A DNA stretch of 64,000 nt. Origin: Desulfobacterales bacterium. GTDB taxonomy: Bacteria > Desulfobacterota > Desulfobacteria > Desulfobacterales > UBA2174. The stretch is from the NCBI GenBank assembly GCA_963668645.2, contig CAXXWC010000022.1, positions 32,001 to 96,000 on the forward strand, given 5' to 3'. Numbering within the stretch: the first letter of the stretch is position 1; each line of letters opens with the position of its first letter. The notes under the pieces were generated by a model. It made no database searches. It was not told the DNA's origin and saw only the letters and a program-made list of their open reading frames with translations. Position numbers and translations under genes: made by a program. Of the stretch, positions 19,583 to 29,283 are shown one piece after another.

Positions 19583-20215
19583 ATGGTAGATGTATTTGAA
19601 AAAAACACCGCCACCTCGGCAGAGAATGCTGAAAGACTGGTGCCCAGAGCTGAGTTCAGAGTGTTTGGGCAGAACATTCTGAACATTGTAACTCAGTCTA
19701 TGTGGAAGGCCCAGGCCAAACTGTATAAAATCAGGACCAGCAGTGAAACCTATATTGTTTCCCGCCTCACCAATGATGCCAATGTCAAAATCCGTGACGG
19801 GTTGCTGGATATCAAAACCAAGGTGAACGAGACCCCGGACGGATACGAGGTCTTCCAGCCCAGGGGGAAATTCCAGTTCCCGGTCAACAAGGAAGAGTTG
19901 GGGAAAATCTTTGAAAACCTCCAGGCTGATGTCGTTCTGGATAAGGATACCTATACCCTTGACGAATTCATTTCCATGGTGGATGCTGACGCCGACCTGG
20001 CTGCCGTAAACGTTCAGAAAGAAAGATACGGCTTCTCCGTTGACGGCATGATCTGCGAATATGGAAAAGTATTTTTCAACGGCGCCCTCATGGAAACAGC
20101 CTGTGTGGAAAGTGAAAATTATGAGGGCATGAAAAAGGCCATCAAGGCCCTGGATATTGATGGGCTGGAAAACGTTAACTACCTGAAGGCAGCCAAACGC
20201 GTTTTAAAGATGTAG
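19583..20215 (+). CDS. Cytoplasmic CYTH-like protein
   Basis: PRAEFRVFG, ETY, NVKIR..LDIK, KERY.F, CE, VESE, NY pattern fits a CYTH tunnel; no signal peptide. Confidence 0.6.
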   Translation: MVDVFEKNTATSAENAERLVPRAEFRVFGQNILNIVTQSMWKAQAKLYKIRTSSETYIVSRLTNDANVKIRDGLLDIKTKVNETPDGYEVFQPRGKFQFPVNKEELGKIFENLQADVVLDKDTYTLDEFISMVDADADLAAVNVQKERYGFSVDGMICEYGKVFFNGALMETACVESENYEGMKKAIKALDIDGLENVNYLKAAKRVLKM

Positions 20216-20240
20216 TTTACTGACCACAGCCCTTTTGCCA

Positions 20241-20289
20241 GACAAGCTGCCATGGGATTTCTCCTTAACCCGGGCAGCTTGTCATTTTT
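20241..20289 (+). terminator. Terminator after the DUF47-PiT-CYTH operon
   Basis: GACAAGCTGCC...GGCAGCTTGTC followed by ATTTTT. Confidence 0.7.
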
Positions 20290-20806
20290 GGGATTTTTCA
20301 TCCTTGCCCAGGGTATCTGCATCTGATTTTACAAAGGGCTTACCACTTTCCTGATTTTATCCTGCCGTATCGGTATAACTGTAGGCTCATCGGTCTGCAC
20401 GGTACATGGCCAGAAAGTTGAATGTGCAGGCATCGGATACAATCCGCATAAGCCAGGACGAAACAGCTACCACCCCTTGCTGGCGGTTGATATAAACTCG
20501 CCATCATCGACGGATACCTTCGGCCGGGTTCATACGCTTCCAACGACGGCGTTGATGGTTTTGTCCGCAAGATTGTCTCAGAAGCAAATCGGCCTGCTTT
20601 AGAAAACCTGATTAAGAAGACGAACTCAACCTCTGGGTTTCTATTTTTTATTAAAAATCAGATGTTCTTCTATTAAAAGCCGTGTTTCCTCATTTTGGAA
20701 CGGATTTTTCACCGCCCCGAACACCGAATGCAGAATCTGGGATTAAAAAAGCGCCCGGAGGATTACTCCAGGCGCCTTGGGTCAGGTTCCTGATCAGGTC
20801 CTGCGA

Positions 20807-22138
20807 TTAGAAATAGAACGCGATGCTGGCCATGAAAATGTTGCCGTCCTGACTTTTGACATTCTTCGGATCATCTTTATAGTTGTCTGCATCGAAATTG
20901 ACATAGTTGAAGACAAATTTCAGGTTGTTCTCAAGATACCAGTTTATCCCGAGGGTGATGGTGGATAGATCGCCGCCATATTTGTCGTCATCGGTGAGAC
21001 TAATGGCACTGTACCGGGCGCCAATTTCCCAGGCACCGCAGCCTCCTTCGGAGACAGGGTTAAAAGGCTTGACCTCTTTGAAATACCCGGAGGATTTTGA
21101 ATATTTGTGGGACTCTCCGGTAAGCATATAAAAGGCAGACAGATAATATGCGTCAAAGTAGTAGGTCTTGTTTTTCTCGGCATCATCCAACCGGACACCG
21201 GAATATTCACCGGTAATCAAAAAGCCGTGGCCGGAATAGGCCGCTTCAAGGGCATAGCGCCAGTCTTTTTCCGGATTTTCAAAATCCACACCAACCAGTT
21301 TTTCAGCCAGATGGGCATTGGGTCTGGCTTCAAATGTCTGAGCCTGATCAGGTTCATCATCCTCATAGTCATAGTCGAAGTAACCGATATTGGCTCCCAG
21401 ATGGAAAACCTGTCCGCTTTTTTTGTCCAGTATCGGGACATAGGTCAAACGGCCCAGGAAAGTGGAGGCATCGTTCTTGTGAGAAACGGCATCCTGTTTT
21501 GCATACCCGTTTGTCATCAGGGCAGAAATTTGGGTGATCCCCTTGCTGTATTTGTGAGTCCACAGGGCGCCGATACCGCGTTCAGGTGAAAAGGTATCGG
21601 TCAGACCACGTTCCATGAAATTCAGGTATTTGGAACTGGTGGTGGATTCCATGCTGTAGCGGACTTTCTGCCAGCCCAGAGTGAACTCATTGTTTTCGAA
21701 TCCTGTATATGTCACGTTGGCGTCTTTGAGATCTACCTCTGCGTCAGCGAAATCCCATTGGATTTCATATTCCCAGACCTCGGCAAACTTGCCTTCCACA
21801 GACAGGTATAGCTTGCGGACTTCGTTTGATGTGTTGCTTTTCGTCAGTTTGCTTTTTTTACCGCCCTTGTACATATCATCAAAGTTGGCGATATCCGTTG
21901 TTACCCGGCCGCCGATCGCGAACGAGGATCTGCCATCTGCGGATTTCCACTCCGGTGCCCCTGTTTTTTTAGAAAATTCGATGTGGCTGCCCTGCTTGGC
22001 ACTCTCTGTCTGAGCATCAGTGATCTGTTTCTGATTTTCAAGAATCATCTGATGCAGTTCTTCATTGCTGGGAGTAGCCATGGCGGTGGCGGGAATTGCC
22101 AGTGCGTAGATTGCTGCGGTGATAAACCCTTTTTTCAT
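20807..22138 (-). CDS. OprO/OprP-family phosphate-selective porin
   Basis: Signal peptide, SSKYLNFMER, LTGE, GAWEIGARYS, TLGINWY, C-terminal Phe. Confidence 0.9.
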   Translation of the reverse strand: MKKGFITAAIYALAIPATAMATPSNEELHQMILENQKQITDAQTESAKQGSHIEFSKKTGAPEWKSADGRSSFAIGGRVTTDIANFDDMYKGGKKSKLTKSNTSNEVRKLYLSVEGKFAEVWEYEIQWDFADAEVDLKDANVTYTGFENNEFTLGWQKVRYSMESTTSSKYLNFMERGLTDTFSPERGIGALWTHKYSKGITQISALMTNGYAKQDAVSHKNDASTFLGRLTYVPILDKKSGQVFHLGANIGYFDYDYEDDEPDQAQTFEARPNAHLAEKLVGVDFENPEKDWRYALEAAYSGHGFLITGEYSGVRLDDAEKNKTYYFDAYYLSAFYMLTGESHKYSKSSGYFKEVKPFNPVSEGGCGAWEIGARYSAISLTDDDKYGGDLSTITLGINWYLENNLKFVFNYVNFDADNYKDDPKNVKSQDGNIFMASIAFYF

Positions 22139-23057
22139 GCTTTAATCTCCTCTTGCCTTTGTTTGTTTAAAGGGGAATTTGTTACCGGCAACACGCCGGT
22201 CCTGAAAAGCCCTTGATAAAAACATTGTTTGCCAATGCAGTAAAAAGACCTTAAACCGCAAAATTTGTCTAATTAGTTTTGGCCATAAAGAAGATAAGGA
22301 AACTTTATGGCTCCAAAGAAAGGGAGGGTTCATGGGGAATTGTTATATCCTCATGGGATTTATTCCACAGCAATAGCTTGATATTACATGAAAACAATAC
22401 CGATGTCAGCGGCGGCCTGCGACTGTATCTTCTTCGGCGGTTTGAAAATGTTTTCTTGCCTCTTTGGATTTTCTTCCCAAATCCATTCATAAACGACCTA
22501 TTCTTCGCTTGATTCTTCTTGCCGTTCCTTCTTTTCCACGGGCTTCGGTTTTGGCTTCTTGCGTTACCATTGACCGCCAGGGGGAACCGGTCAATGGACG
22601 CACGCTACAAGAAGGTAAAGTGCTTAAATTGCGGGGGCTTGTTTTTGCCAGACCATCGCAATCGCAGCCGCCAGCAATACTGTGGCAAGCAAGGCGGCCA
22701 GCCAGAAGCGCTGGTTGGCAAAGCCGGAGAACCAGGATTACTTTTGTGGTGCCGACAATGTGTAACGGGTCCAGCGCTGGCGACAAGGCCATCCGGGCTA
22801 TTGGCGCCGTAAAGAGTGCTCGGGCGGCAATGCGTTACAAGATCCCTTGATCGCGCAAACCTCCGAAAGCAATACCGATATTGTTAAATCACTCAAGAGT
22901 GCGTTACAAGGTCTCTTAATCAAGCAACCATTTGTTTTAATAGGCCTTATCTCCAATTTTACCGGCACTGCGTTACAAGATGACATCGCCATGACGGTCG
23001 ATCGGCTGCAACAATTGGGGAGCGACATCGTATCTACCCCAACCCAGGGAGGCCGCC

Positions 23058-23447
23058 ATGGTATCCAAACGTCCCATTGTCCCCGATCTCGTTCGCAAGG
23101 TACCGCGCCAGTTCAGTTGGCTCGACCATCGCCTGGTGCGTGACCGGCATATCGAGCGGTTGAGCCACCCGGCCGCGGCGCTGTATCTGTTCCTGGTGAC
23201 TGTCGCCGATGCGGCCGGGCTGAGCTATTACAACGACCGGTCCATCTGTCGGCGTCTGGCCATGGATCCGAACACTTTGCACCAGGCCCGGGCCGATCTG
23301 ACCAAAGCCGGCCTGATCGCTTGGCAAAGCCCCTTGTACCAGGTGTTGTCTCTGGATCAGCCGTCACAGCCTGCCACGGCGACGGCTTCCGGCGGCCTCT
23401 GGCAGTTGGGCGACATTTTGAAAGCGGCCGCGGGCGGTGGCGCATGA
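23058..23447 (+). CDS. HTH-type accessory protein inside the IS21 element
   Basis: FSWLDHRLVR, LYLFLVTVADAAGLSYY, YQVLSL; overlaps the istA start (ATGA). Confidence 0.7.
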   Translation: MVSKRPIVPDLVRKVPRQFSWLDHRLVRDRHIERLSHPAAALYLFLVTVADAAGLSYYNDRSICRRLAMDPNTLHQARADLTKAGLIAWQSPLYQVLSLDQPSQPATATASGGLWQLGDILKAAAGGGA

Positions 23448-24681
23448 TCGATTACGAAACGTTTTTGAAAATCAAGATCTATCGAGACCCGCAAGGACTC
23501 AAGCCGTCGCAGATTGCCGACGCGCTTGGCATCGATGTCCGTACCGTCCGGCGCTACCTGGCCCGGGAGCGCTTTTTGCCTCGTAAAGGGCCGCTGCGGG
23601 CAAGCCGTCTTGATCCCTACAAGACCGAAATCTGCCGCCTTCTCGAACAGCACGCCTATACTGCCGTGCAGATCCACCAGCGCATCCGGCAAGACGGCTT
23701 CGACGGCGGCTATAGCATCGTCAAGGACTACGTGCGCAAGGTCCGCCCGCCCAGGCACAAAGCCTTTTTGACGCTTTCATTCGCCCCGGCAGAATGCGCT
23801 CAGGTCGATTGGGGCTCCTATGGCACGGTGGCCGTGGGCAAGGGAAACGAAAAGGGCCGCGTGGAAAGTGCTGTCGGCTACGTCAAAAAAACTTCCTCAA
23901 GGGCCTTGAGATCGCCGACTTCAGTCACCTGCCACCGGCCGGCGCGCATTGGCGCGATCACACCGCCAATGTGCGCATCCACAGCCAAACCGGTGAAAAA
24001 CCCGTCGTTCTCTTCGAAAAGGAACGCCGCGGGATAGAGCCATTGCCCTATGACATTGCCACCATCCGGCCCGTGCGCGCCTGCCGCCAGTTTCGCGTCA
24101 CCCTGGACACCAACCGCTACAGCGTGCCTTGCCAATATGCCGGTATGCTGTTGACCCTCAAAATCTATCCCGACAGGCTCTGCTTGTACGACGAGCAAAA
24201 ACTCATCTCCCGGCATGTGCGCAGCTGCGACCGGCGAAAGAATTTTGAAAACCCAGACCACGTCAAGCCGCTTTTGGAACAGCGCCGCAAGGCGTGCGAC
24301 CAGAAAATCTACATCCGCTTTCTATCCCTGTCTGACAAGGCCGACGCCTACTACCGCCAACTCCAAAAGCGCCGCTTCAACCCGCTGCACCACATCCGCC
24401 AGATCTTTGTTTTGAGCCAAATCTACGGCCCTGAGGCCACCGCCCGGGCCATCGACGACGCTTTGCACTTCAAGGCCTTCTCCTGCGAATACATCGCCAA
24501 CCTGCTCGAACAGCGCACCCGCTTGCAAACTGAACCGTCACCGTTGCACCTGACCCGCCGCCAGGACCTGCTCGATCTGACCTCGAAAAGCCGGACATGT
24601 CCATCTACGCTCGGGTGCTCGACGACAATCACCACCAGCAGGAGGAACCCTCATCATGAAATCCGACCAGCGACTCGATGA
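23444..24681 (+). pseudogene. istA: istA transposase, internally deleted and frameshifted
   Basis: N-terminal HTH; AQVDWG joined almost directly to KGRVE (DDE core missing); NRYSVP continues in another frame. Confidence 0.85.
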
Positions 24682-25111
24682 GGCCCTGAACGAATTGAAG
24701 CTACTGCCGACAGCATTACACCGATCTGGCCCGTAAGGCCGCGCGCGACCAATGGAGCCATGTGCACTTTCTGACCGAGCTGGTCATGGCTGAAGCCAAA
24801 CAGCGGCGCGACCGGGCTGTTGAGCGGCGCATCCGCATGGCACGACTGCCCCAAATCAAAACCCTCGAACAGTTCCAGTGGTCATGGCCCAAAAAGATCA
24901 ACCGTCTGCAAGTCCAGAATCTGTTCCGGCTGGCCTTTGTCGCCGAGCGTGGCAACGTCGTACTGCTCGGCGGTGTCGGACTGGGAAAAACCCACCTGGC
25001 CATCGCGCTGGCCTACCAGGCCTGCTTGCAGGGCCATGCGGTCCTGACACCGAAACCATCGTCATCGAAGGAAAAAGCTACCGGAGGAAAGACCTGACCG
25101 ATCCGGCATAA
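24654..25111 (+). pseudogene. istB: istB ATPase, internally deleted
   Basis: GGVGLGKTHLA Walker A, then a jump to the C-terminal IEGKSYR in another frame. Confidence 0.85.
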
Positions 25112-25415
25112 AGGTATGCCAGTCACCCGATCGCCACCTCGATCGGGTAACCGACTTCAGCTCTTTGACAATCGCATTGTGAAACCGCCGTTTTCACTAC
25201 AAGGTCACGTCGCCGCCAACACCAGATCCATCCTGCGCCGATATGCGCCGATAATAGATAAAAATAGATTCCATAAGCAGACCTAATTAGTCGCTTGGGA
25301 TCTGGTGTAGTACTTTAACCGTTCATTGAGTTTTTCAAGGATCAACGTCCATGATAATTTTTGAAATGGAAATGGTAAGATTTCTAAAATATACCGGAAC
25401 GGAAGGGGCTAGTAT

Positions 25416-26240
25416 ATGAGATTACCTGCATGCTACACCTTGTTTTTGGCGTCTGTTTTTTTTGCATTGCCTGCCCAGGCATTGGATAAACAAGATTTTG
25501 ACCAGGTTGAATATGCATTTGACATCAATGAACCCAAAACTTTTGAGATGGCCCCCAAATCACTGGCAGGCAAACGGGCGGACTATTATGATTTTGTTGA
25601 TTTTAAGTCAAAACGCAAGGAAAAGCTTGTGACCTACCTGGATACGCCTGACAGGCAGTTCAGCAAAAAATCCTTGATCGTCCGGGTGAGGGAAGACCTG
25701 AAAAAACCGGGGAAAAGCAAGATTACGGTGAAATTAAGAGCCCCTTCTCCCGAACAGTTTGGTGATCTAAAGAACTATAAAAAAGCTGAGATCGATATTG
25801 AAAACGGACAGAAAAAATACAGCGTGAGCTATGATATTAAAATGGATCCGACCCGGATTGATGTGCGCAAGGTGGATGTAAAGGCCGTTGCAGAGCAGAT
25901 CCGGAAGGGCAGCTCAGATGCATGGGCCCTCGTGGAACCGGTGTTCTCCCAGTACGCAGACCAGATCCGGCAGACCATTGTCATGCGGGCCCTGTCCTGG
26001 GAAGGCCTTGTCACAGAAATTTCAGGCAAAGTTGAAGCAGAGTATGCCGTCTGGAGCCCCTATTACAGATCCCCCAAAACGTTTATATCAGAAATTTCCT
26101 TTAAAGGGAGCGCATCAGATGAAAGCCTGGGAAGGGTTGCCCAGCGAATTAAAGACGCCTTGAAAGAAAAAGGCATTGATTCTGATTCCACCCTGTCCAA
26201 AACCAAGACGACCTTCGGGTTGAGCCCGGAATTCAATTGA
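25416..26240 (+). CDS. Exported CYTH/TTM-like protein
   Basis: Signal peptide ending AQA; YLDTPDRQF...LIVRVRE, ITVKLR, EISFK, SKT. Confidence 0.7.
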   Translation: MRLPACYTLFLASVFFALPAQALDKQDFDQVEYAFDINEPKTFEMAPKSLAGKRADYYDFVDFKSKRKEKLVTYLDTPDRQFSKKSLIVRVREDLKKPGKSKITVKLRAPSPEQFGDLKNYKKAEIDIENGQKKYSVSYDIKMDPTRIDVRKVDVKAVAEQIRKGSSDAWALVEPVFSQYADQIRQTIVMRALSWEGLVTEISGKVEAEYAVWSPYYRSPKTFISEISFKGSASDESLGRVAQRIKDALKEKGIDSDSTLSKTKTTFGLSPEFN

Positions 26241-26246
26241 ACTTTT

Positions 26247-26285
26247 GACCCGGCCCCTGATCGGTTAAGGGGGCCGGGTCTTTAT
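26247..26285 (+). terminator. Rho-independent terminator
   Basis: GACCCGGCCCC...GGGGCCGGGTC followed by TTTAT. Confidence 0.8.
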
Positions 26286-26368
26286 ACGTCTTCCCTATAT
26301 CCCTGCCTTAATTTCTCCCCTCTTTATAATTGAATTTTCATTGATCTGATTTTCCATTTTAGCCGGCT

Positions 26369-26408
26369 TTTTCAATTACTTTTCAATCACCTGTAATTCT
26401 ATTCAACT
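26369..26408 (+). promoter_or_regulatory. Pho-box-like 11-bp periodic array
   Basis: TTTTCAA, TTTTCAA, CTGTAAT, TTCAACT at 26369, 26380, 26391 and 26402. Confidence 0.45.
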
Positions 26409-26609
26409 TACTTATTTAACTGTTTATTTACTCAATAAGAAATTGATATAAAGCTGATAAGCACACCTTATTGGACATTGGATACAGTGGTGTGGCATTC
26501 AGGTATAGAGTCGAATTTTAAGTTTGCCAGAATGAAGGATTTAAAGACGTTGGAATAAAAGTGGAATGCAATTTTTTTAATCAAATCAATAAAAAGCGGG
26601 AGTTATCAA

Positions 26610-27650
26610 ATGAAAAACAGATTGTTCCTGATACTGGGATTGTTCTTTATTTTTCTTTCTTTTGCCGCCTTGTCAGCCAGTGCCGAGGAATCACATCCCT
26701 ACAAAGTCCAGATTGCCAAACACCCTGAAGCCCTTGAAATTGTTGAAGCAAGAGAAATGAAGTTTTTGATCGATCCGGCAAAGGTCGGCTTTGATCCGGA
26801 AATAGGCTTGACAACAATATGGAAGAAAATCAAAGCGTTTGCAAAAAAGGAAAACATCGTCCTCAAAGAAAAAGAATTTAATGCAGACGGGTTTACCTAT
26901 TCCACCAAGGTTTATTTTGATACGCCAGAAGGCGATCTGACCAAACTCGGATATGTGGTAAGAATCACCACCAAGTATTTTGGCGGGAAACCGGCTTCAG
27001 CCGCATTGACTGTGAAATTTATCGACCGTGACAATCCTGAGCGGGTTTTCAACGCAATGCCGGATGAAGAAGATGCCTCTATCGAGGAAAACGTTGGACC
27101 GGCGGCCAACTATACCCTGGATTCCTATCTTGAAAAAGCAACCAAGATTGATGTGGATCTCAACCATATCCCGGTTACCCTTGCCGATTTTTCCGCTCTT
27201 GTTCCTCACCTGGAAACCCTGGGGCTGAACCCCAAGACCAAAATGGTCGGTATTGGAGCTTACAGTATCCGCATGAAACCCGGTTTTGTCATTCTGCCGG
27301 AGATGCCTTTTCCTGCAGGGATCTCCATGGAAGCGTGGTTGCCTGTGGAAAGCGGTGAAAAGGCCTTTGTATATGATTTTTCCTTTGGTTACCCCACTGG
27401 AGACTACTATGACATGTCCAGAACCCATACGGCGGCTGAAAACATTATCCAGAAAATATACCAGAAAATGGACAAAGAAATCGGCCTGCCCCAAAATGCC
27501 CAATGGTGCGGCTCCAAGGCAACATATCTGCGCAAGGGCGGCCTGACCTTCCCCAAGTACACAGGGATTAAAAGCCTTGACATGAGATCCTATAAGCCGC
27601 CGAAAAAAGGCAAGGACGGGACCATCTCTTTCAATGACGACCCGTCATAA
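26610..27650 (+). CDS. Exported CYTH/TTM-like protein
   Basis: Signal peptide ending ASA; REMKF, VYFDTPEGDLTKLGYVVRI, LTVKF, EENV, SKAT. Confidence 0.72.
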   Translation: MKNRLFLILGLFFIFLSFAALSASAEESHPYKVQIAKHPEALEIVEAREMKFLIDPAKVGFDPEIGLTTIWKKIKAFAKKENIVLKEKEFNADGFTYSTKVYFDTPEGDLTKLGYVVRITTKYFGGKPASAALTVKFIDRDNPERVFNAMPDEEDASIEENVGPAANYTLDSYLEKATKIDVDLNHIPVTLADFSALVPHLETLGLNPKTKMVGIGAYSIRMKPGFVILPEMPFPAGISMEAWLPVESGEKAFVYDFSFGYPTGDYYDMSRTHTAAENIIQKIYQKMDKEIGLPQNAQWCGSKATYLRKGGLTFPKYTGIKSLDMRSYKPPKKGKDGTISFNDDPS

Positions 27651-27749
27651 TTTTAGGCGTTATCATGCTGTCCGGTCCCGGCCTGACAATGGGACCGGGC
27701 AGCAATCATCCATAACCAGAGTTTTTCAATATTTTACCAGGAGGATTCA

Positions 27750-29171
27750 ATGAACATAAGAAAATCTTTAGCATCCTTGATCGTAGCCGCAGCATTGGTT
27801 GGCTTCACCCTGACCAGCGCCCAGGCGACCGTCACGCCGAATGTGTCGGTACTCCAGGGAGAGAAAAATTACCTAACAGGCTATTCTGCATTGAATGTCG
27901 ACGGCACCTACAACGTTGTCATTGAGATTCCGGCAGGTCATACAGCCAAGTACGAGGTGAACAAACAAACCGGGATGCTCGAGCTAGAGCAGAAAAACGG
28001 CAAACCCCGTTTTGTAAAATATGTCGGCTATCCCGGAAACTACGGAATGATTCCCAGAACCATTTTGCCCAAAGAACAGGGCGGCGACGGCGATCCCATG
28101 GACGTAATCGTGCTCGGTCCATCAACGGCCATCGGTTCTGTTGTAAAGGCTCGCCCATTAGGCGTCCTCGATCTGCTTGACCGCGGTGAAAAAGACTATA
28201 AAATCCTGATGGTTCAGGAAGGCACCCCCATGGCGGTTTGCGATAATGTAAAAGATCTTGACGCAAAATTCCCCGGCGTGACCACCATTGTCAAAACCTG
28301 GTTTACCTCCTACAAGGGACGTGACGAAAAAGGCAATTTCAAACTGGAGGCCAAGGGCTTCCTGGGAAAATCCGCAGCCATTCAGCTCATTGGCGACTCC
28401 ATCCTGGCCTTTGAAAATGCCCAGATCACAGATGCCGACAAGATCCCCCTGGAGGCAAACGGAAATCCCAAGCTTCACTACTGGCCTGCATCAAAAAACA
28501 ACGGCCATAAATTTGCCGGCGTTCCTGCCATTGGCAACAGCGAACTGGACAAGCGATACGGCACCCTGGTAGTGCCCTCTTATATCAAATACTATGAAGT
28601 TGACAAGCAGGACAGAGTCATGCTCAATCCCTACCTCCAGGTAGCGACCAAAGCTCATCCCGCCCTGCTTGATCCCGAAATCGGCGTCTACAACTACGTC
28701 GTGAATGCCGATGGTAATGTGGCCGTTGTTCAAGAAGCCACACATCCCATGGGCAGAAAGTACAAGAACGGCTACATCCGCCCGGAAGACGGCAGTAAGA
28801 AAAAAGTTAAGGTCAAAAACGGCAAAAAGAAATATCCGAAAGAAAAATTCGGGCATACCTCCGGGGTTGCAGGTACAGTTGCCCGTCTCGGCGGTGAAAT
28901 CCTTTTTGAAGACGGTGCCTGGATCATCAACAACAAATCCGGCCGCTACTCCAAGAAAAACCTTGACCGTACCCCGGAACAACTGGGCAATGTCGCCAGG
29001 CTGATCATGGATACCTGCGATCCCATGGGCAAACCCTGGGGTGAAGTCCGCTATCGCCTGGCATACGGCAATGCAGACGTCCAGAAAGCCTATGAAGGCA
29101 GCGATAAAATCAAATACCTGGAGCCCGAGAAAAAACAAAAACCCTATATCCTGATTGACGCTGCCAAATAA
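27750..29171 (+). CDS. Exported family I inorganic pyrophosphatase fused to an uncharacterised C-terminal domain
   Basis: Signal peptide ending AQA; IEIPAG..KYE, YPGNYGMIPRT, DGDPMDV, D.GEKDYK, WF.SYKG; about 220 extra residues homologous to the next ORF. Confidence 0.88.
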   Translation: MNIRKSLASLIVAAALVGFTLTSAQATVTPNVSVLQGEKNYLTGYSALNVDGTYNVVIEIPAGHTAKYEVNKQTGMLELEQKNGKPRFVKYVGYPGNYGMIPRTILPKEQGGDGDPMDVIVLGPSTAIGSVVKARPLGVLDLLDRGEKDYKILMVQEGTPMAVCDNVKDLDAKFPGVTTIVKTWFTSYKGRDEKGNFKLEAKGFLGKSAAIQLIGDSILAFENAQITDADKIPLEANGNPKLHYWPASKNNGHKFAGVPAIGNSELDKRYGTLVVPSYIKYYEVDKQDRVMLNPYLQVATKAHPALLDPEIGVYNYVVNADGNVAVVQEATHPMGRKYKNGYIRPEDGSKKKVKVKNGKKKYPKEKFGHTSGVAGTVARLGGEILFEDGAWIINNKSGRYSKKNLDRTPEQLGNVARLIMDTCDPMGKPWGEVRYRLAYGNADVQKAYEGSDKIKYLEPEKKQKPYILIDAAK

Positions 29172-29283
29172 CATGGCAATTTAAAAACCGATAGTGGAGT
29201 CGTAAAGGCGGGGCATAGAAAATATAGTGCCCTGCCTTTTAGCTTCTCCACATTGTGATTTCAGCCAACCTATTTTAATTATT

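Larger units (their letters stand above)
22404..25221 (+). mobile_element. Degenerate IS21-family element with two accessory ORFs
   Basis: Imperfect IRs TGTCAGCGGCGGCCTG / CACGTCGCCGCCAACA; contains istA and istB fragments. Confidence 0.8.

Noticed and set aside
20290..20740. Short ORFs between the CYTH-like gene and the porin
   Set aside because: No convincing RBS or motifs; probably gene debris
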